DNA of 57,260 nucleotides, filler included, from Bipalium vagum (taxonomy: Eukaryota), in NCBI GenBank assembly GCA_037834085.1. It is 3 parts of 3 records of this genome, joined end to end, with 100 filler letters (N's around TTAATTAATTAA, not from the genome) between each part and the next. Parts side by side here need not be neighbours in the genome. Positions count along the whole stretch, not along the records: positions 1 to 16,800 come from JBBMKC010093581.1; 2 more parts are not named here. One strand, 5' to 3'. Position numbers and translations under genes: made by a program. Below, piece by piece: positions 1-13,493 of this stretch; positions within the stretch are counted from its first letter, which is position 1; each line of letters starts with the position of its first letter. A model generated the notes under the pieces. It was not told the DNA's origin. It saw only the letters and a program-made list of their open reading frames with translations, and made no database searches.

Positions 1-38
1 TATTATTACTATTATTATTATTATTATTATTATTATTC

Positions 39-77
<39 letters not shown>
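1..77. repeat. (TAT/AAT)n microsatellite
   Basis: Near-perfect tat trinucleotide run at the window start. Confidence 0.95.
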
Positions 78-82
<5 letters not shown>

Positions 83-2179
83 AAATAAATAAAAAATTGA
101 CCATAGAAAAAATATTTTTGATATTCTTTTTTGTGACATAATATATGTTAAATAAAAATTTTAATTATTCCATATATTTATTTTAATTATTTTAAATATA
201 TTTATTTATATTTAATTTCATAAAATTATTAATAAATATATTTATAACTTCCTTTCTATGTTTCAGTTTATTTATATGATTAAACATAATAATAAATTTA
301 ATAATATAAAATACGTATTAATATAAATAGTTTTAGTCGAATAATAATAATAATAATTTATTTTATTTTTTATTAAAATATTAAAAAAAAAGCAAAAAAA
401 TAAATAAATATTTGTGATTTCATCCCATGATTATTAAATATATGAAAATTTTATTTTATATTGCAAAAATAGGGAAAAATAGTTTTATCATTGAAACTAT
501 TTATAGAGATGGAGTACTATCAATAAATATTCAAATATTCCCGAGAACTAAGGAGTATTTGTCACTTGTTATAATCAAAATCTAATCAAAATATTACAAG
601 ACCAAAGCCACAATCAATTATAGTGATAATAAATTAATAAAGGACTGAGGATACCTCTGATTCGAAAGGGGTGCTGAAAAGACAGGGGACAGTTTACTGA
701 AAACAATTGACAAAAAACTATCATCTCTCCCTGGCCTTTTCGAGCCCGTTCAACTCGCTGAATACGAAATGATTTTCAGCGTCGACCAAGAAAGCTGAGT
801 ATTGGCAATTTCTGTACGATAATCCGGTTCACAATGCCATATAGGAGTCCGGAAAGTCTTTCCACAACATCAACAGAAACTAACACGTACGGGGATGAAT
901 TCAATCAAGCTCACTGTAAAAACGAGTTCATAAGACACTTCACATTTAACGAAACTCGTGCCCCGACTCCCCAAGTTAAAATAAAAACTGAATTTTCCTC
1001 CTTGGAGTAAATTGAATTTTCTGCAGTCAACGATTATCGTGGATTGCTCTTATAACAATATTAAGAAGCCATAACTGACGCGGTTTCCTTCAGAATCAAT
1101 TTACCATTATCGCTATCATCGCCATTGGTGCTGTCAGTTGATGGGTATTTGTCCGTCAGTATTTCTGATCATTGTATGTACTTGTTGATGGTTGGGGTTT
1201 CTTTCTTTGCTGAGAGAGATTTTCGGGGGGTCGACGTTAGAAAAACGTTAGAAAAATACGATAGAAGACACAAGCGACTTTGTCAGTAATACACTTTGGA
1301 AATTGCATGTTGAAATAAAACGTGAAAATATTCGGAATTATTTACTAAAATTTCGTGTAGGATAGTAAGAAATAATAATGGATATTCACTGTTTTATTAT
1401 TTTTATTAATATGAAATAATTTAATTTAAACAAAGCGTCTTAAAAATGCTATTGATTTCAATAAAAAAGTGACAATTTTAAAATTGTGTATAATTGATTA
1501 GTAGAATTATATTTTTATTAATTTTAAAAGAAAAAAAACCGAAATACGAGAGTTGTGCAAAGTATTTATAAATAAATAGAGTGTTTCATAATTAATATTC
1601 CATCTTTGTTTTTATTATTTTGTTTAAATGATCAAATTTAAAATAATTTACATTTATCTGAATAAATCAATATAGAGCATTTTGAAATAAATGCCATAAA
1701 TCAAAGAACTCATATTTCTCGTGAAGCTATACCACAAGAAATAATTACCTATCCTAGAATTTGGTACTGTACACAAAATCAAAAGAAAGCAGGAGTTACC
1801 TGATTTCATTTGTAAATATCAATTTTGAAGTTCTAGCACCTTCCATTTTGGATGTCATAAAGAGAATGATTTTTTGTGCTGATATAAACGGAAAAAACTT
1901 AGAGGATGTATTGTATATTTATTCCGAAACCGTTTTAATGTCAATAAAGTCAATTTGGAAGAGTTGTGTTCTCTAATTCTGTTGTAAATAAAAGAAAAAG
2001 ATGGTATGTTAATTATGAAGACCCTGTAAGCAGATGAATAATTTATTTATAAAGAAATAGCAGTCCCTGTCCGTATCCCGTGTCACCAAATCTTCATCCA
2101 AGTTATCCAATACTGCTTAAAGACGAAATTCAAATTGAGCTGCGTGCTGTGGACGAAACGGATCATCGAAAACTTATCT

Positions 2180-2640
2180 TTTGATCTCTGCATATGAAAA
2201 CTCAATATGACAGTACCGTGTAACTAAATAGGATTGTTGCTGCAGTAATGACCAACTTTGATAACGATGAAGAAAGAAAAATATGCGAATCATTAGTAAT
2301 TAAAAAACTAAAACCAGAAATTAATTCACAAAATGGCGAAAGCAGAAATCAATGGATGATTAATGTTTTCCTTAATTAATATTTTTAAAAAATATTTTTT
2401 TTAAAAAAAAGAATAATTTAAAATAAAAAGAATAATTAAAAAAAAATTTTAAATATTAAAAAAAAAGATATTTTCAAAGTTTGTAAAATTAAAAGTTTTT
2501 TTTACTTATATTCAATAATAATGCAGATAATATTTTAAAATCATGATAGTGATATCATTTGAAGAAAGTCATCCAAGAAGAAGAAAATTGACTGATCTGA
2601 AAGAAGAGATCGAAACATGTTTCAAGATAGCCGTATAAAT
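2180..2640 (+). mobile_element. Penelope-like element 3' remnant (C-terminus of a GIY-YIG endonuclease)
   Basis: Frame reads SLHMKTQYDSTV*LNRIVAAVMTNFDNDEERKICESLVIKKLKPEINSQNG. This matches the R-x-x-x-E...I...KP-x-IN end of GIY-YIG domains in Penelope elements; one stop codon. Confidence 0.55.
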
Positions 2641-4230
2641 AAAAATTTGCGTGTTCAAAAATGTTTTTTTAAAAAGCGTGTACTTAAAAAATAAAAAATT
2701 ATTGTTCACTAGATTAATATTAAAATATATTAACATCTATCGGATTATAATCCATATTTATAATAATAATGCTATAGATCAATAGCTTATCAATTTTTTC
2801 ACAAATCTGAAATATTTAAACAAGTTTAGTCAAAGCATTAGAATCCTGTAGTTATATAAAAAATACATCAACATCATATATAATTAAAGTAATTAGCTGA
2901 TTAAATGTTATTATTCATTTAAACAAAATATTATATTTTTAAATTATTAAAATGGCCAAAGTTAATATAATATATAATCGTAAATCTTAATTACAATAAT
3001 TATAATATATTAATAAAGCCACTGCCTTCAAATATAAAAATGATTTTAAAATTAAAAATTTCCGTGGTCTGATTAACCTGCTTTAAGATACTTATCTGCA
3101 ATTTGGAAAATTTTAACCATAGTAACAGGAGGGGAACAATCACGATAGAAATTTTGACCTATGAAAACCCTTTACTTTAATCATTTCCTTTCACAACTTT
3201 CATTGAATATTACATTTTATATTTGATTCCCATTTTAAAAGATCCGAATGAAAATATATTGATTCTCACTTTTCAAGCCTATGAGACTTGGGTTTTAATT
3301 GTCAGTTTCGGTTCCACTTAAACTTTATGTCTAATCTATTTTTACCTGTTTCATAACCCTGAGCTCTGCAACGGAATGGTTTGTTTCAGAAATTCCACAC
3401 ATGGCCCTTTGGCAGAGAGCTGTCTCGGACAAGCGACACTTCAAAAGCGGTAGCAGATCTGTCCAACACTTTCACAAAAAACATAACATAAAACCGTTCA
3501 CAATTATATTCCGTCCCACAAAACTATTACAATAATAATTTACATGAACATAAATAAATTTATCTTTCCCAATCACTTTTGCAGTTAATTACAGAATCCC
3601 ACCAGCACTTAAAGTGGAAGATTGTAAAAATATGTTTCCCACTACACAGATAAAACATCCATATCCGAACCATCTGTTTTTATTCCTTATGATAACCATT
3701 AAATAGTCTCGGATTCATTTCTCCCGGTTAATTATGAGAAATATTCCCCAACCTTATATCAATCATTTTATTATTATATTTTTTTGTTTGAATAATGGAA
3801 ATTAATTTCCTCTTTAAAGATTTCTTTTTGGAAAATCGAAAATGAACAAGTTTCCCAGAAAAACGAGAGCGAGAAAAAATTCGCTAAAGTAAATTCGCTG
3901 GTGAAGTGTCACAGTTAATTTATGTAATTAATTTAAATTTTAATTAGTTAATAAATGTGTAGATAAACAAAATAAATAATTAATTATTTGGGCAACTGAC
4001 AATAATGCTAAGTGGCACTGGGGGAAATTACCGATGAAAAATTTAATATAAAAATCAATTTATAAATGGGCAAATTGAGATTTTTATGCTTTTTTCAGAT
4101 GAATGAATGAAAATTAATTGAAAAATGATTTGAATTAATTGGTTATATTTAATTAAGTGGGGAAAAAGTGTTCCGGAAAATGTTGCTCGCTTATCACCGG
4201 GAGAGTTTCGTTGTTGGTGTTTTTGTACTT

Positions 4231-4555
4231 ATTTCCCCAGATTATGAAATATGATATCATTCGATCACACATTTAATATAACACAGTATTCCTATTGATT
4301 ATTTGAAGATCTGTTTGATTCTAATGACCCTCAACCGCAACCTAGAACCCCTCACTATGCACTCATTTTGTCAAGGATTTCATTTCCCAGATCACGAAAT
4401 ATGATAAATCCATTTTACATTTTATATATCAATATTTTCCTATTTCTTATTTGTAAAGAACAATTAATTTGATCTTCTCGAACCTCAACTCCAACCAAAA
4501 AATTCTCATTATGAACTCATTGTCCCAATGATTACATTTCCCAAATAAATGAAAT
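4231..4555. repeat. Diverged tandem repeat, about 150 bp unit, 2 copies plus a partial third
   Basis: atttccc-agat..gaaatatgata...cctcaac...ctca.tatg.actcatt recurs at about 4231, 4382 and 4536. Confidence 0.7.
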
Positions 4556-5279
4556 AATAATACTAGGATAATTTTCACTGGAGAATGAACCTCGATTTTC
4601 ACAAAATAAAAATATAAAACGACAACCAGTTCTTATCTTACCTTTTATTTATTGAATTTGGCGTCGAAAAGGGGAAGAGATTTTATGAAGACCATTAATG
4701 AAACACTTCCACTCGCTTGGCTGGCAACCCAAAGCATTTTGCATTTTGTGGCCATTTTATATGGTACAGTAAAACGTATTTGGATAGATTCAACCATTTA
4801 AAACAAGTTATTGCCATTAGGAAAAATATGTCTCTTGGGAAAAATAAATAAATCCTACTTTATAAATTTAATTATTTTTTACAATTTGGACTTGATATTA
4901 ATGGAAAACGAATTTCTGGGTTCAGCTGAAACAAGGTACTGGTTGAAGGAAGGATTTTCGGTGGAAAGAAATCCGGATGAAAGAATGATTGAAGGAAAAC
5001 AAGAAAAAAATTCTGCAAAAAAACTATTTATATTTTTATTAAAAGAAAATCCATAAAATCGATATTCGGAATTTTATAATAGATTAATTAAATAAAAATA
5101 AATAAAAGGAAATTTTTATTTATTATTTTAAAATTTTATATTATTTAATATTTTATAAATACCAAATATCGGAGATTTCAGTAGAAAAAAATAAATGAGA
5201 ATCCTCTGAAAATCATGTAATTTTAATTAAAATTATTAAAATTGTTTTATTAATTATTTTAATTAATTTTTTATTTCCT

Positions 5280-5740
5280 TTTAAATCGTGTCTTTTTTAC
5301 CAATATTTTTTTAATAGATAAAGGCATTTTACAATAAAAAATTTAAATCAATAAATAAATAAAAATAAATCATATTAAAAAGTATTGGAAAATATAATTT
5401 AAAAATAAACAAAATTAAAAGAAAAAAATCAATTTAAAATTAGAAAAAAAAATTTTTTTTAATTTAAATCGTGTCTATTTTTATCAATATTTTTTAATGA
5501 ATAAACGAATTTTAAAACAAAAAAAGTTAAATCAATAAAAATATATTTAAAAACCATAATAAAATATTTTGGAAAATATAATTTTAAAAAACAAATTTAA
5601 ACTTGTCATTGTTTTCTAAAATCAATTTAATGGATAAAGGAATTTAAAAATGAAAAATTACAATCAATATTTATTGATAAATATAAAAAAAAACCATAAT
5701 AAAAAGTATTAAAAAAAATTTTAAAAATAAATCAAATTAA
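5280..5740. repeat. AT-rich tandem repeat, about 185 bp unit
   Basis: ttaaatcgtgtct...caatatttttt occurs at about 5281 and 5464; partial third copy near 5630. Confidence 0.6.
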
Positions 5741-8700
5741 AACAAAAAATATCATACTTAATTAATTTATGAAAAGACATAAAATAAATTTTAAAATTCA
5801 ATTTGTAACTTAATTTCCACAAACATGGCTTCCAAAGTGATTTTTTTTATTTTCTTTCAAAATGTGTACATTTTTTTTGGTGAAAAATAATCGCATCAAA
5901 ATTTGCCCTTTAAAAACAGTCAAATATTATTTCAGTCTAAATGCCCATTTTATATTTTACGTTTAATTTTCCATAATTACATATTGAAAAAAAATAATTG
6001 AATTGATAAAAAATAATAAATTCATAATAAAAATATTGATAAATAATTGAAAAAAAAACTGTTCGATTATTTTCACAAAAAACAAGCTGGTTTTTTTATT
6101 AATAAAAAATCTCAAATGTTAGGGTTAATTTTTGTACGTAACGGCCTTGTATTATTTTCAAAGATTTTATTTTAAAAATATATTTAATTTTTTCTAACAA
6201 AAATTAATTATATTTTTACAATTTTTGCATGTAGTTTATGAAAAAAAATTAATAATATTTTTTCAATAATTTTTATTAATTTTATTTAATTTTTTTAAAA
6301 AATATTTTTTAAAAATTCGTTTAGAACTCTTAAATTAATCTAAAATATATATTATTTTAATAATATTTTTTTTAAAATCAATAAAAATCAATACAATTAA
6401 TTAATTAATTAATAATCACGATTGAATCATTTATGGAATTTATTAAATAATTAATTAAAAAAAATTAATCGGAAAATATTATTTATTTTTTAAAATCTTA
6501 ATTAAATATGAAAACTGTAAAAAATATATTTTAAATATATATAAGTAAAAAAATTGTTTTAATGAAGTGACGGAATTGTTTACTTTTATGGACTATAAAA
6601 TCAAATTATAATAAAATATAAATAAATTATTTAAATTCCTCTTAAGATAATTCTTTTTGGTCATAAATTTCAAAATGGTTTCTCCCACTGATGAGATAAT
6701 GTCGTAACAAGAATTAAATATCATGAAAAAAGAAAAAGAAAGTTTTCGTTAAAGTTTTCTTTAGATTATATATGAATGAATATTTCTTTCTTTTTCATGT
6801 AAATATTTACGTAATAAATTAGGTTTTGTTTGAAATGTTTCAGATAAAATCTTTGCCGTCACAGAATTAGAGCCAAATATAAATCAGTATAATATCGCAA
6901 AATTAATTTCTCGGATCAATCTTTATTTATCTGTGTATTTATTTTAATTTTATTTATCTATATTTAATTAAAATAATAAATATCCAATAATTGTTTTACC
7001 ATTGATAAAGATATCAGTACTGAAAAGATAAAAGTCAACTTCTTCCCATAATTTCCGATTATAAATTTAACTCTCAAATTTAAACAAATCACATTTGTCA
7101 AATTTTCTTTTAAATCCAATTGAAAATTAAATTTATTGTGAATATTTTTGTTTTTAAAAATTCAGAGTAAATTATTAATTATTTTTTTTATTATTTATAT
7201 TTTTAATTATTTTGAAATTTAAATTTTTTTTTCAATTGTAATTTTTTGTGAAAATTAAAAATAAATATAAAAAAATGTTAATTTATAAGTAAAAATTTTA
7301 ACAGTAAATTAATAATAATATTACTAATGGTAGTAATAATTATGATTAAAATAGTAATAATAATACAAAATGTTTAAAATTTTTTTTTGCAATTTGTGTG
7401 GTTATTTATAAATGAAATATTGTTTAAATGATGTCAATATTGTCGAAATGTTCAAATATGAGATCATTGCAAAAGTTTGGAACTGATTTGGGACAATTTA
7501 TGTTATGTGAGCACTCAAGCATTATAAGTATACTTTTGTATGTAACAAGTTTCAATATCAATATTATTATTTAACATCAATATATTGATTAATATTTCAA
7601 TACAACAGTTTGTTTACATAATCATTTAACATTTTAGCGATATTTCAAGAAATTAACAACGAAAAAACATGCATTTACAGCATCTCACACTTTATGAGTC
7701 CCGGAAAAGCATGACTGCTGGAGCCATGAATACAACCATCAAAAGCTGGTTTACAAGGTTTCATGATGGGTTCTTTCTGTTATCGATGAGAACGTGATTT
7801 GTGTCTTAATAAGAAATATTTCACGGATTTCAAAAAATGAGATGAAAAATCTGAATTGACATCTAGGATATATGTATCCAATCTCAGTACATGATCTTCA
7901 AATATGGATAGATTGAACTGCAAGAATCTCGCTATTTCCTTCAATAATTTCCATTATATATATGAACGATAATGTTATATTTCATATTAAAACATTTTTC
8001 AAAATAAATAAAAAAAATATTCGATTTAAAACGATAATTCATTAAATATTCAGTGTTGCGATTGTTTTTGTTTAAATTCATCGAAATTATTATCAGTAAA
8101 AATGATTACAGTCATAAAAAAATTCTAGCTGAGGTAATTTTAAAACAGTATCACATTTAAGGATTTTTTTAAAAAAAATATTTCATTTATTATTAAAATG
8201 GGAAATAAAATGAATTTTTAAGCCGTTCGTAAGCAATATTAAAACAACGAGAAAAGGCTACAGATTTTTTATCCATAGCAGAAAATAATAACGGAGAAAA
8301 AGTTGATGGAAAAAAGCTGAAGCAATTTCTTTTGCAATTTTTTTTATTAAAATTATGGAAAAAAAAGAAAAAGAGAAGTGAATTATTTCAATTGAACTGT
8401 TTTCCACCGTTCTCTCCTTACGCGTCCATTCCCACATCTTTTAATAATAAATTTATTACTGTAATTTAATTGCACGTCATTCTAAATCTCATGCTCAATA
8501 CCCAAGATCCATTTTTATCTTTATTGGATCTTCTTTTCTTATTTCCTCTCTCACTTTATATATTAAATTCAATTACGGGAAAGTGCCCATTTCTCCCCGA
8601 AGAAAAGTATTCTACGGGAAAATAATTTCATTTCTCGAATACGTGTATATATATATCATATAAAATAGAAACATAATTAAAGAGTACTATTTCATGTTCA

Positions 8701-9236
8701 TGACTATAATGATGATCGTAATATATATTTCCTTGTGAAAGAAAATAATATTATTTTATTATCATGTAATTTTAGAAGCATATATCTTATTCTTTTGAAA
8801 CGAGAGTCTCAGATTAAATGAGGCTGCTCTGCATAATCTTCAGTACTTTGATAATATGTCAGAAAACGTATCGCATTATTTCACAACTAATTAAAAACCT
8901 AATAAAGATATGATTTGTGAAGCTGAAATTAGCAGATTAATATTCTCTTCAACATGTACAAGGCAATCTGTTTCGTAAGGCGACAATTTTCTGTTTAAAG
9001 AGTATTCATCTTTTTATCTTTAATTGCAATTTTATATCTACGTAAGAGAGCATCTTGTTGAAAGTCATTTCCCGACGGGAAAAATTTTGTTACTTAAAAA
9101 ATGTAAATATTTATAATAACTTTAATAGTGTTAATAATGATAATAAATTCAAATTCTAATAATAATAATAATATTTATTATTATTATTATTATAAATATA
9201 ATTATTATTATAAATATAATTATTATTATTTTATTA

Positions 9237-9715
9237 TAGGGTCATTCATAAACGACTGGCATTTTAATTTATCAATAAAAAAATATTTTTTCAACATTTT
9301 GAAACAGATTTAACTTTATTCAAAAATACGAGCAATTAGGTTATTTGTGAAACAAGACATCTGACAAATGAGTGCCTTGTCCATACAAACACTCTTGTTA
9401 TGAAATTTTTTAGGACATTTTTGCATTGGCGCTTGGAAAATTCAGCCATTTTGTTTCGAATTTCTTTTTTTAGCTCATCAATGCTAGCGGCTTCAACTGA
9501 AACGATGACCAAAATCAGTCCTGCATTTTCGAATTGTTTCGGCATAACATGACTCATTCTGATTTTTGACAATTTGTATGCGTTGCTGGATTGTATAACT
9601 TTGCATTTTGAAAAATTTATAGATCTTATTAAAACAAATATATATATATACGATGGTATTTTTGCAATAAAAATTATAGCCAATATATACGGTCAGTCCT
9701 TTATGAACGTCCCTA
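9237..9715 (-). mobile_element. Internally deleted Tc1/mariner-superfamily element (about 480 bp)
   Basis: Imperfect TIRs tagggtcattcataaacgactggc / gtcagtcctttatgaacgtcccta; minus-strand ORF has a transposase C-terminal-like segment SIDELKKEIRNKMAEF...CKNVLKNFITRV. Confidence 0.75.
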
Positions 9716-10199
9716 TGGTAGTAGTATTAAGAAAATTATAATATAGCATCAATCGTTGGAATGATAAGGAGATCGAAATCAGACAACTCAGACTTACTGC
9801 AATATGCAAATTGTCTAAATATTAGAATAATCTTTGTTGCCATGGATATAATACAAAATAAGCTTTAGTACTATGACTAATCCTTGTCAAAATTTCTTTA
9901 ATACAATTTTAAGATATTAAGATAAATATTATGTGTGTGAATTAATTCGGTTCGTTTATCATTAATAATATATAAACAATGTACGGGTTTTGTAAAAGGT
10001 AAGTATCTGATTTTAAAATTTAATACCGAAAAAATATATTTAACAAAAGAGTTCAGTTTTTTGTATGTGAAGTATTTTCCTATTTTTTAAATATTTCAAA
10101 TGATAATAAATAAATTAATAGATTTGAATATATCGATTTAAAGGTTTTTGTTATTGCAGAATTTTATATAAATTAAGGTTTTATTTATTTTAAGTTAGT

Positions 10200-10560
10200 A
10201 TTTGTTCCTGTTTTATGAATTTAGAAAAAAAATAATTCGAATTTTTTTAAGATACCTATATGAAAAATACATCGGTGCCAAGGCTGCAGCTGAAGAAGGA
10301 AATGAGGTGATTGTTAGACACACAACATCTAATTGGTTTAAATGTCTCAACGAGGAAGATATTTCAGTATTAGATAGACCTCAATCGAGCCTACAATCCT
10401 TGATGGACGATTAGGCTTTACAGACAAGCAGTTAATGAACCACATAATAGCACGAGACGTTAGTCAACATCAATAGGATAAATCAAACATATCAATAGTT
10501 ACTATAACTATACGCTTAAACAAGAAAAGACCAAAAGAATATCCACATGAATCAACAATT
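10200..10560 (+). mobile_element. mariner transposase 5' fragment (pseudogene)
   Basis: IRIFLRYLYEK..AKAAA...VRHTTSNWFKCLNEEDISVLDRPQS resembles the mariner HTH region. Confidence 0.7.
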
Positions 10561-10699
10561 TCGCAGATAATACCATTTATTTATTAACATTTAATATTTT
10601 TCTACAATGACCATTAACTTTTAACACTTTTCAAAGCGAAAAGTCATTCAAAAGATTTTGACACACGTCGGGTGATGTTCATTCTACATGCATGTGAAC

Positions 10700-10980
10700 A
10701 ATATCTTTGAGGTCTTGAATATCTTTTGGTTTTCTTTTTAATAAATGTGACTTCAGTTGTTTCAAATATTCTTCATAAACCTGATTTATTTAGCATTCTT
10801 TCATTTTCAATTGATGGACTACCAGGCTTCCAAAGATCACAAACAGTCACAATTTCTTTGAATTTTGCAAACGTCTTCTCAATTGTCCTCGTTGTATGTA
10901 TCTTTTTCAATTTCAAAGTGTTTTAAATTCTGTTTCACTAATATTACTGCTTCCATCAGAGCACCTCTAAAAAATAGGCA
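10700..10980 (-). mobile_element. Tc1-like transposase N-terminal fragment
   Basis: Minus strand reads TIEKTFAKFKEIVTVCDLWKPGSPS, like the KFxETGxVxDxxRxGRP motif. Confidence 0.5.
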
Positions 10981-11356
10981 CTATTTCTTCAATGGAGATT
11001 ATTATTAAAAATAGAATTTACCGCAATGAAAATCGTTAACATCGGCTAATTAAAACAATTAAATATTTACATTAAATTTTTGGGAAATTCTAATTTTTGT
11101 AAGAAAAAAGTATATTGAAGATCGTTAACAATGATATATATTTTGCTGAGGTGAAGAAATTGGAAACTTATTTTATTCCCGAAAACCCTTAAAACGAACC
11201 CATTCTAAACCACAATATCACTGTAAAATATTTGTGGAAAATAATTTGATAAAATTATTATTACAACTGAAATGTTTAATTAAAATTCATTGTAAGCTTT
11301 TGTTAAATATGTTGATTAAAATTAGTGAAGGCTTATTAAACATATGGATTATTTTA

Positions 11357-13493
11357 TTAAAATTTCTTCTTTCCGTCTTGTGGGAGATCAGGACTAGGAA
11401 ATAAATAATTTTCGTTAATGCTAAATTCAGACTCGCGAATCTTGCAAAAGAGAAAGTATATATATATATATATATTATTTAATGAGGATCAGAAATGTAT
11501 CGATTATTGAAAATAAAGGCTATTATTTTTTTTAACATTTCTTAAAAAAATAAATGGAAAAAAAGAGAATATTTTTTTTGTTTTAATAAATGAAAAAATA
11601 TTTCGAAAAATTATAATTAAATTGCAATTTTTTTAATTAATTAAATCAAATTTAATAAATTTATTCAACTGTGAAATTAAAAGAAAATATTGAAAATATG
11701 ATAAATAATATTTTTTATTTTTTTTCTCGATTTTAATTATTTAAAAGTGTGTAACAAAAATGTAAACAATTGAAAAATTTAAATAATGAATAAATACATT
11801 TGTTTTATTTTGATGAGGAAATGAAACGGAAATTTATTTTTTAATGTGATATTAATTGATAAAATAATCGATAAAATTTTGCGCTTAATTAATAATTATT
11901 TTTAAATTAATTATCATAATTTATTTGTCAAATTAAAAACTAAAAATAAATTCTTCTCATAAATAATGATATTAAATTTCACTTTTCCATCCCACATTAA
12001 ACTTGATCTGATGAAGTCATTGTGTTGTTGCGAACGTGGGTCCTGGATGTTTAAACTAGTATATTTACATGATTGTATTATAATAATAATATTATTATAA
12101 TATTATTATTATCATTATTATTATATTATTATTATCATTATTATTGTTTAATTATTATATTTATTGTTTTACTACTACTTATTTAGATGATTGTGGAATA
12201 TTTAACGTCCAATGCTTATAAAAATAAATTAATTAAATTAAACAATTTATTTTTAATTTATTTTAATTTTTTGTTTTATCATTGGTCTTTCATTTCATTT
12301 TTATTTAATAAAATTTTTAAAAAAATAATTAAATTTAAATAAATTTAAAATGGTGTACAAAAAGTTCCGCTCGTTATGTAAAATTAATTACCTTCAAATT
12401 TGAGTGTCTCTTATGCTTTGTTAGATAGAATTTTTATTAAAAGCATTTCCTTCAAATTCCACAAATTAAAAAGGCTTGAAGTATTTCAAGACCTCAACTT
12501 TATAAAAAGTCCTTGCATTTTTAAATTAGAGGAGAAAATTTTTTTATTATTCATTCTATTAAGGCAAAACATAATATATAAATATACACAAATATAATTA
12601 TTTCAAATAACAAATCAAATCCATTTCTATTTTAAGGGGAATTCTCAAAATAAAAATGTTGTTAATTTTATTATTTTTATTATGAATATTATTATTTTTT
12701 ATATTTTATTATAATTATTATTTTATTATATTATTATTTTTTATATTATATTATATTATTTTATTATTAAATTATTATATTAAAATAATTGAATATATTT
12801 TTTAAATAATTAAATTGTTATTATAACTATTATTAAGAAAATAATAATAATAAAAATAAAATTAATATAATAATAATTATTATTATAATCTTTAAAATTA
12901 TCGTTATTAGATATTATCAATTTTGAAATAAATTTGCACTTGGAACAAGAAAATAATTCATTTAAAACAAATTCACATAAAATCATTTTATTTTTTTTCG
13001 AAATTTCTGAACAAACCAAAGACGCAAAAAAGCATACATTTTTATTCCAATTTTTTTTGGAACTAATTGGCAAATATATTTAATAAATAAAAAAATTGAA
13101 AAATTTATCTCATTTAATCTGACAAACAAAAAGAAATTTATAATTTTTATTTATTCCTTTGGCATTTTATAAAATTTTTGACCAACTATTTATTTGTTGT
13201 GTATTGTAAATATATTAAATAAATATTTATTGATTACCAAAGTCATTTGGAAACTTAATAAATCAATACAAGTCATTAAAACGCACTTACATTTCATTTT
13301 ATATTTGAGTCCTTGGAAAAAATTTACTTTTTGTAAACATTGTTTTAATCACAGAATAATTTATAAAATTTGCTTAATAATATTATTCCACTTAATAAAT
13401 TTCAAGAGAAAACTTAATAAATATAAAATTTTTAAACCTGATTTCATTGGCTGCTGATCTGACCAATAGGATCAATGTGTAACAAGTCCATGA
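11357..13493 (-). CDS. Putative 3' exons of an unknown gene (13438-13493, 11996-12055, 11357-11393)
   Basis: Three GC-richer islands bounded by AG/GT with matching phase-2 junctions give SWTCYTLILLVRSAANEISLNIQDPRSQQHNDFIRSSLIPDLPQDGKKKF*; an AATAAA overlaps the stop. No recognised homology. Confidence 0.3.

Noticed and set aside
640-1300. GC-richer island with short open frames on both strands
   Set aside because: No recognisable motif and no consistent exon chain; left unannotated.
3300-3760. Possible piggyBac remnant (minus-strand GRNIIVNGF resembling GRNITxDNFF)
   Set aside because: Single degenerate motif; no TTAA-bounded termini identified.
9128-13457. ORF-track ORFs rich in N/I/Y/F/K (e.g. 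9128-9313, 12400-12597, 12810-13073, 13194-13457)
   Set aside because: Translations of low-complexity AT-rich sequence with no domain signal.
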